NCBI GenBank assembly: GCA_032718475.1
Contig: JAUCBJ010004450.1
Span: 1 to 49,192 of the forward strand
Reading direction: 5' to 3'
Length of the DNA stretch: 49,192 nucleotides
From: Nemertoderma westbladi
Lineage: Eukaryota > Animalia > Xenacoelomorpha
Shown here piece by piece: positions 22,700 to 35,100 of the stretch. Within the stretch, counting starts at the first letter, position 1. Every line of letters begins with the position of its first letter. A program made the position numbers and the translations under genes. Below the pieces are notes generated by a model. It did no database searches and was not told the origin of the DNA. It saw only the letters and a list, made by a program, of their open reading frames with translations.

Positions 22700-24106
22700 C
22701 CCTATGATCTGATGCAATCATATTGCACCCTTCACCCAGGAGTTATGGCCCTCCTAGTAAAGTGGCTCCCCCCAAAGAGAAAAAGACTCTTGCTAGCCTC
22801 AAAAAAAAACTGCGTAAACGCCGTCTGCGTAAGAAAGACTAACTGTTTAGAGTATCTTTATGTTTTAGAAACTGTGATTTTTATATTTTATAGACTGAAA
22901 ATCCCATTTTCTGGGAGCGGTGTAAAAGCTTTTACTGAATTGTCCGGTTATTTTTCCTTATTTTTCCCGTAAAGTACTCTGTAGTTGGTTTACCAGGCAT
23001 AAAAAGGCCGTGTCCTTGCTGTGCTGGTGTTTTGGCGGACATGAAAGCTATTTCTTCTGTATTTGTACTTTAGAGGACATAATCCGTAATTCCGTGACGT
23101 AAAAGCTCGATACTCTTGAAAACAGTGTCGCTACCATGACGACGGCTAGCAGCTGATATTGCCACGTCGACGTTTCTTTGTTTCTCTGTTCTCTCGTTGT
23201 TCATGTTGACCAATCAGAGCGTTTGTGATCTCTGTGTTGGAGGTATATACAGAAACTCAGTAGTTCAGTGTTATGTTTTTGTCCAGAGCCTAAGAACCGG
23301 CTTTGGCACCTCCGTGTTTTAGTTTTTAGTCTTACACTAGTAGGTTTAATTATAAAGGGCATATATCCTTTAACGCAACTACCTGACTCATGGAATCACT
23401 GCATACTGCAGTACTGCATAACTGGCTTTGTGAATATTGCATACTGCTATTTGTTGTCGGTTATTCATTATATTTGTTGATGAATTATTATATTGGAATA
23501 ACGAGAAATAACCCCGACACCCAATATTCTTGATATACCGAAGGTAAGAGAGAAAGGTTACAGATAAACGATTGTGACTTATGTTAAAGTGGTTTGAAGT
23601 GAATCTAATGTTATTTGATAGACCCTACATGAGTCAGTCTGTGTTCCTTTTATATGTGACTAAAATCAGTGAAGATCGGCAGATTAGTGTGCAGTATTGT
23701 GCAGCATTGTGTATGAGTGAGTCTGTTAAAGAAGCATTCCTAAAGAATGCGCCATATATGTGAATTATAATTAAGCCATATCGTTGTGAGTAGTTTAAGT
23801 CATAACTCTGTTTAAGTAGATAAAGCGCCACGTCCTAAAGGAACTGTTAATATTACCTAAGGTGAATAATATTGTCAGAGATTATATAATACTGTCAGTC
23901 GAATAATACATTAGGCTTACATAGCAACAAAATTAAACCGTCGAACCCAATCTCCCGGGAATCTCCAGCGGGTGAATGGTCGCGCACGGATTGGTTTCGA
24001 CTAGTGTAGTGAATCAAATACTTGTCATAGACTAAAAACCGATTTAATATCTAGAAGACATCTTAATTTGGTGGGTTAAACTGCCAAAGGTCTGAAAGCG
24101 CGAACA
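22700..24106 (+). mobile_element. Truncated related BEL/Pao copy: 3' internal segment plus LTR (22921-24106)
   Basis: 22700-22920 aligns with ~13126-13344 including the PPT. The LTR starts TGTAAAAGC and ends GCGCGAACA. Ends are highly similar to the first family but the middle is diverged. Confidence 0.9.
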
Positions 24107-24519
24107 AATAACATTTGACCAAATGACCGACGCGACTGCAGCTATTGGAACCAAATTTAAGTAGATCTATTTGTTTACCACCAAAGTGGGCCTCATTGTG
24201 GCCGCGACGATTTTTCGATAGAATGGTTACACAATCCGGGTAGGCCTACACTTGGTAAAATAGCGGTAATTCCTACAGTATATGCTATGGTACAGTACAA
24301 TTCCCCAGAGCTAAGAGTTAAACTCAAACGTAAATCAAATCTTGGCGTAACCCGACCAATAATATAATCAAAGGTATTACTGTACAACCACAGCTATATA
24401 AATTGGGATTTACTTCGATAAAACGTATTTTAAATATAAGCGAATGAGCAATATATTATTTCTTAGAAAAATATTGATTATTATAAATTATTGTCTTGTA
24501 GTGCACTATCTACTGTATC

Positions 24520-24892
24520 TATTAACGGCATGCTGCATTACAGCTGCCTTGCGAATGCCAAGCCGGGTTATTGACAAAACCTCCACAACTCCCTCTCCCC
24601 CATGACTTCCGCGAGATTATCCGCATCTTCAAAGGCAGAAGAAGCGAAGCGTGTCATCCCATGGAAAGTCATGGGCTGTCCACCATGCTTAGTTTCTCCA
24701 TGGGGCTGCCAAAGCACTAGATTGTGCCAGGCTGGTCCTCACGGCGAAAACAATGTCCTGCAAAGCGGAGGTGGCTCTGTCTAAGTCTTAAGCTTTGATG
24801 ATTAATACGCAACACCTCCAATCATATAGTGTCTGGTTGAAGATGAGCTCATTGTACTTGACAAAATTAACCCGGCGTAGCATTCTTGTGTA
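24520..24892 (-). mobile_element. RTE LINE 3' fragment
   Basis: Reverse complement matches 28075-28450 (LRFAGHC...REDQP region and 3' UTR GCAGCATGCCG). Confidence 0.8.
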
Positions 24893-24920
24893 TACCCATG
24901 TATACTACCCATATACTGTA

Positions 24921-25818
24921 CACCATGTCCTGGAATATAGTGTCGTTATTCAGGAACCTGCCCCCCCCCCCCCAAAAAAAAAAAAATGTTTCTACAAATC
25001 TTAATGAAAGTGCATGAAATTTGAAACAGAGATAGTTTCTCCTCCATCCTCCTTCCTGGGTGAGCCAGAATTGATATTTTTGCTTTCATTCTTTGGTTTC
25101 ATTCTCCTTTCATTCATCATTTTTCAAGCGTTGAAAAATATGTCTCCGTCGAAATTGCACAAGTTACACTGCAGTTATTATTCAATCATATAGTGATTTA
25201 TAGGTACAGTTAGAAAGCTGGCCATGTAAGGATCCCAATTATGTTTCACACACAATCTGAATTTCGTCATAAAATAGCTGAGATATGTGCGTTCTAATGT
25301 CGCATGGTTTTGCGCCTGTGCGAGGTTATTTTTCTGGAACACTTTGTTTATGTATGAATAGCTACAGAATAGTATAATAGAGTTATTTCATTGTTGCCCA
25401 GCTATTTGTGGGATAAACAAAATGTTCTAGAATATGGTGTATTTATTGAATAGAATAAAATAGCCTTGCCCAGGTGTAAAATCATGAAACTTTTTATGAA
25501 ACCATATGGCCATATCTCAGCTATTTTACGACGAAATTGCGATACATATTTGGAATCCTTGGATGGCCAGCTAATATCTATAAGGCTGAAGAAAAACGGC
25601 GGTGTAATTGGTGCAATATCGACGGAGACACCTTTTTCAAACGCTTATAGCTAAAGAATGAAAGGAAAAATAAAACTTCTGCCTCACACCCAGCAAGGTG
25701 GAGGGAGGTGAAACTTATTTCTGTTTCAAATTTCATGTAATCTCATAACGATTTGAAGAAAAATTTGGGGGGGCGGGACAGGTACCTGAATAACGACACT
25801 ATATTCCAGGATGTGGTG
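24921..25818. mobile_element. Foldback MITE with TA target duplication (Tc1/mariner-type)
   Basis: TA-CACCATGTCCTGGAATATAGTGTCGTTATTCAGG ... CCTGAATAACGACACTATATTCCAGGATGTGGTG-TA with long degenerate inverted arms. Confidence 0.85.
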
Positions 25819-25886
25819 TATTTGGTGTCGTTAACGGGGTGTCCTTCAATTTAGAAGATAATAATAATAATTATTATTATTAACAT

Positions 25887-26119
25887 TTACTCTGCATGCA
25901 CCCTACAGTGACAAGTAAGACAGGTTGTATTTTCTCGAGGTAATGGTTTCGCAACTCCTCTACCGAATATCCGAATAGCCTGGCAATGAACCTTGGCCTC
26001 TATGTCAGTTTCGTTAACAACCTCCCCGTCGCAGTTCCAACAGCTAACCTCGTCATCCCTCATAACATCCTCGTCTGTTTTCAGTATCGCAGTAGAACTT
26101 TCCGCGCGGCGTTTCGCTC
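25887..26119 (-). CDS. CERK: CERK exon 6 (last; not in ORF track)
   Basis: tttcag acceptor; encodes ...SCWNCDGEVVNETDIEAKVHCQAIRIFGRGV...HAE*. Confidence 0.9.
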
Positions 26120-29100
26120 CTGAAATATTTAAATTTTAAATGTAAAAATAATTAATATAAATTTGGTATAACTTTCACTAGAAACCTGCTACACGCCCCT
26201 GAGTTAAATTACTGTTATTAAACCGCAAAATTACTGCAAATATGCAAATACCAAATATGTATTTTAGTGGGTTTAATTTAAAATGTAATTTAATATAATA
26301 TAAGCGGTGTTTTGTAACCAAAACAGTAAACAAATATTTATTCATATGCGAACAATTTACGCTGGAGATCAATTTTTACAACTGCGGTCAATTTTGCGCC
26401 ACTATCGGATTCTTGGCACCGATAAATTAGTTAAATGACAAAGATATGTATAATTGGGAGATGTATAAGCGCTACCAAAATATGATAATAATACTAGCAT
26501 CATAATACAGCATCTACAAGGCGCAGAAAGAGTCCCGACTCAAAAAGACTACAGCGGCCAAGAATGCAGTTAAGGCTGCATCTAGGTCCCTGAATAGGCA
26601 GTACTCTGTTAATTTACAGGAGCTAATAAACCAACAGGTTGATGCCATCAATGATGCTGACGACAGCAGGCAATCATCCCAGGCATGGAGATCGATCAAC
26701 TTGCTTGCTGGTCGAAAAAGCCAACCAACCACCAAGGTTAAGGCTGAATCACCAGCCGATCGCCTCAATGGTTGGAAGGCCCACTTTGAAAAGCTCCTCA
26801 ATAATGACAGGGTATTGCCTGATAACTTTATAGAAGTAAAAGTGTCTGAGTCTGTACTCCCAGATATTCCCATTGGTGATATCTCCTTTGCAGAAGTGAA
26901 GGCTGCTGCAAAGAGCATTAAAACCAATCGTGCCAGTGGAGTAGATGGTGTTCCCCCTGAGGTCTTTAAAATACCTGAGTGTTTAAAGCTCATCTATCCC
27001 ATCATAGTACCGAACATCAAGAGTCCCACAAGAAATGAAAACTAACAAATAAGTTGGTGCCAGTTCCCAAGAAGGGCAACCTAACACTCTATGGTTCTTT
27101 TCGGGGAATCTCATTGATCTCAATTGCTGCAAGGCTATACAATAGAATTCTATTAAATCGCATCAGAGATCTCATTGAGAGACTGCTCCGTGGAAATCAG
27201 AATGGGTTCCGTAAAGGTCGTGGGACCATGGAGCCCATTTTGGCACTTAGAAGGATAATTGAAGAGTTATCAAAAAAGAAAGACAGGCATCTGGCTGTTA
27301 TCTTTGTTGACTTCTTCAAGGCCTTTGATTCAGTCTCTCGCTCACGTATGTTCAGCATACTTTCATTATATGGGATTCCTGATGAAATTATAGCAGCAAT
27401 CAGATCAATATACGATGGTTCAACAACATTTGTGTCTACTGTTGACGGTGACACAGAACCATTTGAAGTGTTATGGGGCGTCCTCCAGGGAGACACACTT
27501 GCACCATTCTTGTTCATAATTGTTGTTGACTATGTTCTACGCATGTCCTTAGATCATCATAATGATGATGGGGTGATGATAACTCCACCTACTGGCTCCA
27601 GAAGTCGTGGAAATCCTGCCAAGTACCTAACTGATCTAGACTTTGCTGATGACTTAGGAGTACTCTCAGAATCACTAGAGGGAGCCCAACGGCTCCTCAG
27701 CTCATTAGAACATGCTGCTTCTAGTGTTGGTCTTTTTATTAACTCCATAAAGACCAAAATTTTGACAGTTAACTTTGAAAGTCCTCAGCAAGTCTCTGAT
27801 CGGATGAGCATAAGCTCAAAAGATGGTATGCTTGAGCATGTGGATGACTTCTGTTACCTGGGATCATGGATCCGGAAGTCAGGTGAGGACCTTCGAATAC
27901 GTAAGGGAAAGGCATGGGCAGCCTTGAATAGGCTTTCCAGGATTTGGAAGTCACCGAGAATTAATCGGAAACTTAAGGTCCGGTTATTTAGAGCAGCAGT
28001 AGTTCCAGTACTCCTCTATGGGAGTCCATTCTGGGCTCTAACTGCTGAGGATACCAAATCTCTGGATGGCACATTCACAAGAATGCTACGCCGGGTTCAT
28101 TGTGTCAAGTTCAATGCACACATCTCCAACCAGACACTATATAACATTGGAGGTGTCTCATTGGTTCCCCCAAGCTTGACACTAAAACAAAATCGCCTCC
28201 GCTTTGCAGGACATTGCTTTCGCCGTGAGGACCAGCCAGTGCATAATCTTGTACTTTGACAGCCTCATGGAGTGAATAAGCATGGTGGACAGCCCATGAC
28301 TTTCTTGAGACGCATCTTAAAGGACACTGGCCTTGAAGATGCGGATGATCTAGCAAATGTCATGGGTGATAGGGAGTTGTGGCGGTGCAATTTTGTCGAT
28401 AAGCCGGCACAGCATTCTTAAAAATGCAGCTGCAATGCAGCATGCCGATCCTAGTAGTAATATTACAGCATGTCCTGGAATATAGTGTCGTTATTCAGGT
28501 ACAAACCTTAATGTTAAACCTTAAATCTACAAATCTTAATGAGATTGCATGAAATTTGAAACAGAGATAGTTTGACCTCCCGACCACTGACTGGGTGAGC
28601 CAGAATTTTTATTTCCACTTTCATTCTTTAGCTACAAGCTTTTAAAAATAGTGCCTCCGTCGATATTGCACCAGTTACACCGCAATCACTCTTCAAACAT
28701 TTAGTGATTTGTTGGTACTAGTGGAAAGCTCACCGTGCAAGGATTCCAAATATGTAAAAATATTTGAATTTGGTTGGGAAATAGCTGAGATATGGGCATT
28801 CGAATTTTGCATGTATTTGCTTCGGGTGCAGTCATTTATTCTATTAAATAAATACACAATGTTCTAGAATATTTTGTTTATCTCATATGTAGCTTGGCAA
28901 CAATGCAATGCCTAGATAGATAGATAGATAGATATGAACGGTACATGATAATACTAATGGATATTCATACATAATCAAAATGTTCTAGAACATAGACAAA
29001 CACAAACTAGAACATCTAGAACAACAAATGTTCTAGAACATTGTGTATTTATTTAATAGAATAAATGGCCTGCAGGGGAAGCAAATACATGCAAAATTCG

Positions 29101-32100
29101 AATGCCTATATCTCAGCTATTTCCCAACCAAATTCAAATATTTTTACATATTTGGAATCCTTTCGATTTAGAATAACTGCGGTGTAACTGGTGTAATATC
29201 GCTGGAGACACATTTTTTAAACGCTTGTAGCTAAAGAATGAAAGTGAAAATAAAAATTCTGGCTCACCCCACCCACTAAGGAGGAGGGAGACGAAACTAA
29301 CTCTGTTTAAATTTCATGCGATCTCATTACGATTTGTAGAAAACTTTGGGGGGGGGGGGGATGTACCTGAATAACGACACTATATTCCAGGACATGCTGT
29401 ATATTGGTTGGTACATGTCATGGAATACTAAGTTATATACAGTATATTATATTGAAAAAAATGAATATGTTTGAAAAAATATTATTCACATGGAACTTAT
29501 CTCCTATTATTTTTCCCATTGCCAAATCACGGATGTACTTACGCGACACTGATTAGGAAGTTTAACTGCAGTACTTATAATAATAATATGTCTTACCTTT
29601 TTCTACTTTCATTAGGGGTTTCGGTTTAAATGAGAATTGTTTGGTTCTGTGGACTTCTACAGAACTAAAATTAAATCTATCCTTTCTTCCCATATGACGT
29701 AGGTAAATACGTATCTGTTTGAAACGAGAACAAGGTCTTATAACAATAATGTCTGTATTACCGTCGCCTAAGTGGGCGCAAGGTGATAGACCGGTTTTAG
29801 TAAGACGACACGCACACGACATGGTAGCAATCTGTAAGCTTAAAAATTCACCGCGAACTGTCTTCCATGTTTTATCTATTTCTGGTTTGAGTAAATTTTC
29901 CCTCAACGCGGAATTATTAGTCCAATCACCACCTCCGGTCCGAAGCTTCGAATTGTCCTCGTCGACGTTATAGTCCTCTTCTTGAGATTCAAAGATTGTG
30001 TCAATGAATTGCCCAATAGTTTGCGTATCGCATGGAATGGTAACTTCATCATCGGGATTTATAAGTTCATCATCGTCCTTAGGAAGATCCTCGTTTAAAG
30101 CAAGAGGAACCTTTTGAACGTCATTAGGTTGAGGAATGCTCCCAGTTGGTTGTTGCGGAGCGTTTGGTTCGCTCAAACTAGCCGACACAGGTGGGTCGGG
30201 TTCCAGTAAGCTAACCGAGAGAGTTCGCTCCGTGTCGTCTCTAAGAAGATTGTCGATGTCTTGGCTACTGCTGGAGCAACTAGAGTTCGGGGACAGATTA
30301 CTCGACAACGGGAACTCAGACACTGATGATTGTTTTGATTCGATCTTGTTGCCATCCTTTGTCGGGTCCACTTCCGCATCGCTTGGGTGTTCGCATTTGT
30401 CTATAATTAATTCCGTTTCCAACGCCATGCGGTTTACGCGCGCTTCGTCGCACACACAGCAGTCGGTGTAGCATCGCTCTCCGTCGCGCGGATGGTGGGC
30501 ACTGTCCGACGGCACGTAGCGAAGTTCCCCGTTGTAAACTTTCTGTCTCAGAAATAATTTCCCGCCGATGTATTTGTAACGCGACGGCCCCATCCACCGG
30601 TAGGACTCGCTACGTTTCATGGCATCACCAAAGAAACCGTAAGCCAAGATATTTGTGTTAAAAGCGATAAACTTCCCGTTGCTATGAAGTGACGTCACAT
30701 CAACACCTGGAGAAGATAAAAATAATGGCTGCTAATAAAGTGTATAATTACTATTGAATGCATGGAAATAAAATAGTAATAACAATTGACAATATTGCCT
30801 GATTCACTGTTAACGTTGAGTGCAGGATGTGTGAGACCTAGAAAAATGTCAAGTGAAGATATCGGGGTACGTGAAGCACGAAACATCTGGGGCAACCCGA
30901 AAACTCCTCTCTCTTGGCTGTTACCTGTAAGGGAAGGATGGCGCCACACTAACTCCCAAGGGTGCGCAATCAGTAAATATCCGTCCCTTTTCTTTACTCT
31001 CCCAGCAATCTCCTCTTTAATCTCCCATGTTCCCTTTGCTGGGTTGGTGTACCACTTACAAAATTGTAATAGACTCGGGACGGGATCGAACCATCGACCT
31101 TCCAACTAGAATTGATGCAAAGATAGTGAGATTTCTAGCACAGACACACCCTTTATCCCATGACAACTGACCCAAACTGTATCTTTGGTTATTCATACTG
31201 CATTGACGCTGTATCCATGGTAACCTACCCACACTGTATCCCATGGCGATGTGCAACGCGCATGTCCTCGGATCATCTACGCCGACTGTTCCGTAAGCGA
31301 TAGCGTTGTTAGAACCGGCCGGTATCATCCCCAGCCTCAATGACGGTGAACTATATTCAGCCTAAACGTATACAAATATATAATAAAATGGAAATTAATA
31401 AACAATTGTTATAGAAATGACGCCATAATGTCGTCAAGGAGTATATGTCATGAGGTTATCATTACAACATAATGTATGGTTTCTTTCAAGTCAAGTCATA
31501 AATACGACCAGAAGTTTGGAATTTTTCTGAGCTACTCAGCTTATAAGGTTAAATATTGAGGCGTTTTAGAATGATTTCTCTTATAACGGCTGGAGGAAAT
31601 TCTTAAATAATATATGGAATACCAATTTGGAATAAAATAAAAATACTAAATATAAAAACTAAAAATTAATATATATATTTAGTATTCCGGGAGAATTGTT
31701 GTGATGCTTACCATGCAGTCGTTAATATCTATACCGTTTGCTTTTTGTTGCCGTAACAACAGACCGGTGTAAATCTCCGCAAACAAGCCATCACCACCAA
31801 CGGATACGATGCCATTATAAGAGTTGATTTCTTTGTCCGTAAGTATTGTCTCTACAGTTTCCTTAGCATGGTCCGCGTATTGTGTGACTATATCTAACGT
31901 TCTAATGCCGCACAATCTGAACACGGGACTAACAAACTTCTTATAGACTTTACCTAAAGGGATGGAAAGAATTAGAGAGATTTTAACTTGCTTAAAATTG
32001 CAACTGGGCCTGCTTGTTGGTTTACGTTGCTACTACTACTGTACTACAGTACAACTAGGTCAAGCGAACTTGGACATGCTAAAAAAGTTTGATATTCTTC

Positions 32101-35100
32101 ACATAGGAACAATGGACGGTTATATTAAATCTGGTTTCTATATGTGATTTTCAAATTAATGTTTTTGCTCACCAAATCGCCAACATGATATTTGAAAATG
32201 AATTATCAAAACTTTAGACATGCTATTTCAAAAATGACTAAAATATCATTCTTGAAAAGAACATGCCGAAATGCTATTTTTTATAATGACACGTCAAATT
32301 GTCGTTTCAGAAATCAGAATGACATGCAAAGATGCGATTTTGAAAGGGACGCGGTTGAATATCATATTTATACTTTAGAGCTTAACCCTTTAGCGTCTAA
32401 CCCCCATATATGGGGTGCGTAGTAGAGCTCTAAACCACATATATGGGGGATGTATGTGTAACTACTGAATGGACACATGCTATGGTTAGGTTGTGGGTTG
32501 GGATTATACCCTAGCCCTTAGAGCTCTTCGCACGAAATTTAATACAATCTGAAGTTGGATACAGCCCCGGCCTGGTTACCAATTAAGCCAATGGGAACCG
32601 TTGCTAACCTGGATGTATGGTGTAATCTCTCCACTACTTCTCTACTCAGTGGTGGTACAGGTAGGCATGTATAAACACATTGTACAGTAGGGTACTGCAG
32701 TCATTCCTACAAAGAACAGTGCAACCACCATACAGTGTACTGTACACATCCAATAGGCTGTCTGGTTGGCATTTATTTTATTATTGTCTTTATTGGTAAT
32801 ATTGTCTACATTGAATTTACAAGCTGTACAATAATAATTAGGCCTAGCCTATTTACTTTGAGCCATGCATAATAATATTTATATAAAAGACGAGGGTTTC
32901 TCTTGAATTGGTCGGATCGGGCTTAAATTTTTGGGACGTTGTCAGTAGGACCCACAATATGGTTTAGGCACAAGACATTGGAGAACGAGCGAAGCGAGTG
33001 AAACAAAAAAACGAGGGTTTCTCAGCAATTGGGTGGATCGGTGGTACAGTACTACTATACACTAGGTCTATATACAATAGGCCTACATTTAGATATTATT
33101 ACCATACCGGTAGGCTACAAGGCTATATTTTTTGTATAAGTTTATTATTATTATTGTGGTTTGTGCATGATGGCCAGTACCAGTAAATATCCCAGGCGCG
33201 ATAGAGGTGCTGTGAAACGTCTTGGCTTTGACTCGTGTGGGAGTTCAGATAGTTCCGATGTTGAGGATGCAGGAGAGGACTCGAGTTCGACTGATTATGA
33301 TGACTCGAGTTCGAGTGGCGATAAAAGTGGTAATGATTCAGGTAGTAGTGATGAATCGGATGATGGAAGTAGTATATATCAGCTGGCTGCAGACTGGCAG
33401 ATTGTATCTGATACCACTGGAGATACACCGCCTGTCAGGACTTTCACTGGTACCCCAGGATATATAAGTGGAATTTCTACTAATAACTATGGTTTAGAAG
33501 ATTACCTGAACTTGTTTCTACCACCAAAACTCTTCGAGCTATTAGCTAGCTGCTCTAATAAGAGAATGGCTATCGAGCGAGATATGCGAATTGCCTCAAA
33601 CAAGAAAGAATTGAAGGCCAAAGACATAACAATTCCTGAGATGAAGACATTTATTGCACTGACATTTCTAATGGGTATCGTGAGAAAGGGAACAATTTAC
33701 TCATATTGGAGCTGTGACTCGATGTTAGCTACTTGGTATTTTGGTGAGTGTATGGGTCGCGATAGATATGGCCTGATCCTAAGGTATTTGAGATTTTCTG
33801 ATCCTGCTAAGGTTGTCAAATCGGAAAAATCCTCAAGACTTACAGATTTTATGACTATGTTTCATAGTATTGTATCTGTATATGTACCATCACAAGAATT
33901 ATCACTGGATGAGTCTCTAATGTTGTATAAAGGTAGACTTTACTTCAAACAATTTATAAAGACCAAAAGGGCCAGATTTGGAATTAAAACCTACAAACTA
34001 TGCGATGCCAGTGGTTACTCCACTCGTATCGAGGTTTATTATGGCTCTAAGACGGACATGGTGCACCAGGAACCAGGTTGCAGTGAGCTGAGTAAGACTG
34101 AGAACTTGGTTGTTTGCATGATGAGTCGCACTGCTCTTCTAGATCATGCCTATAACTTGAATATGGACAATTGGTACTGTAGCTTGCGTCTTGCGAATTA
34201 TCTGGACTCCAGGAATACGGGCATGCGTGGAACTATGCGGCAGGATAGGGGCGTACCTATGGAATTGCGAAATACTGTAATCCAGCCCATTGCTTCAGCT
34301 AATGCCAGGTGTGATAACGTACTTGTCATCAAGTTTCACGATAAGAAACTTATACACTTTATAACAACGATTGACAAAGCTGGGGATGTAGATAAGAAGA
34401 GGTATCTACCCGGTGGGACTACACTGGAGTATCAGAAACCAGAAGCGATCGAAAAGTATAATCTGTGGATGGGCGGAGTAGACAAGACTGATCAGTATAT
34501 CGCTTCTTGCAATGCGGCCCGCAAGACCCACGCTTGGTTTAAAAAACTTGGGATTTATCTATTACAACATCTAACTCTAAATGCTTATATCCGCTACAAG
34601 GAGGATAAGAAATTGAAGATTCCGTTCTCGAAATTCCAACGAGACATAATAGTATTACTCACAGGGGTTCAGTCAGAGCACAGGCGACATCGGAAGCGCT
34701 CTTCTATTGCACCCATTCCCACCAACCCACAGCACATCATTGACTTTATTCCTGATGCCCGCCGGAAACAATGCAGAGTCTGTAGCGCACAGAAAGTCCG
34801 GAAAGAAGTGAGGTTTGAATGCACTACTTGCGCCGGGAAACCAGGAATGTGCATTGGGGAATGTTTCCGCAAATATCACTCATAACAATGAACATTGTAT
34901 TCATCGATGGTATGTACTGCATGTTGCGTGTTAAATTTGTATGGTATTTAGATTTATAATATGCAATCAGTTTGCAAAATTGTATTTCAAAGTTACATTC
35001 AATATTCAATATAGGAATAAAGTATCTGATATATATCCTTATATATCCTTATTTTTTGACTGACAGACACAGACAGACTTAAAGTTGGTCAATCGCAAAA

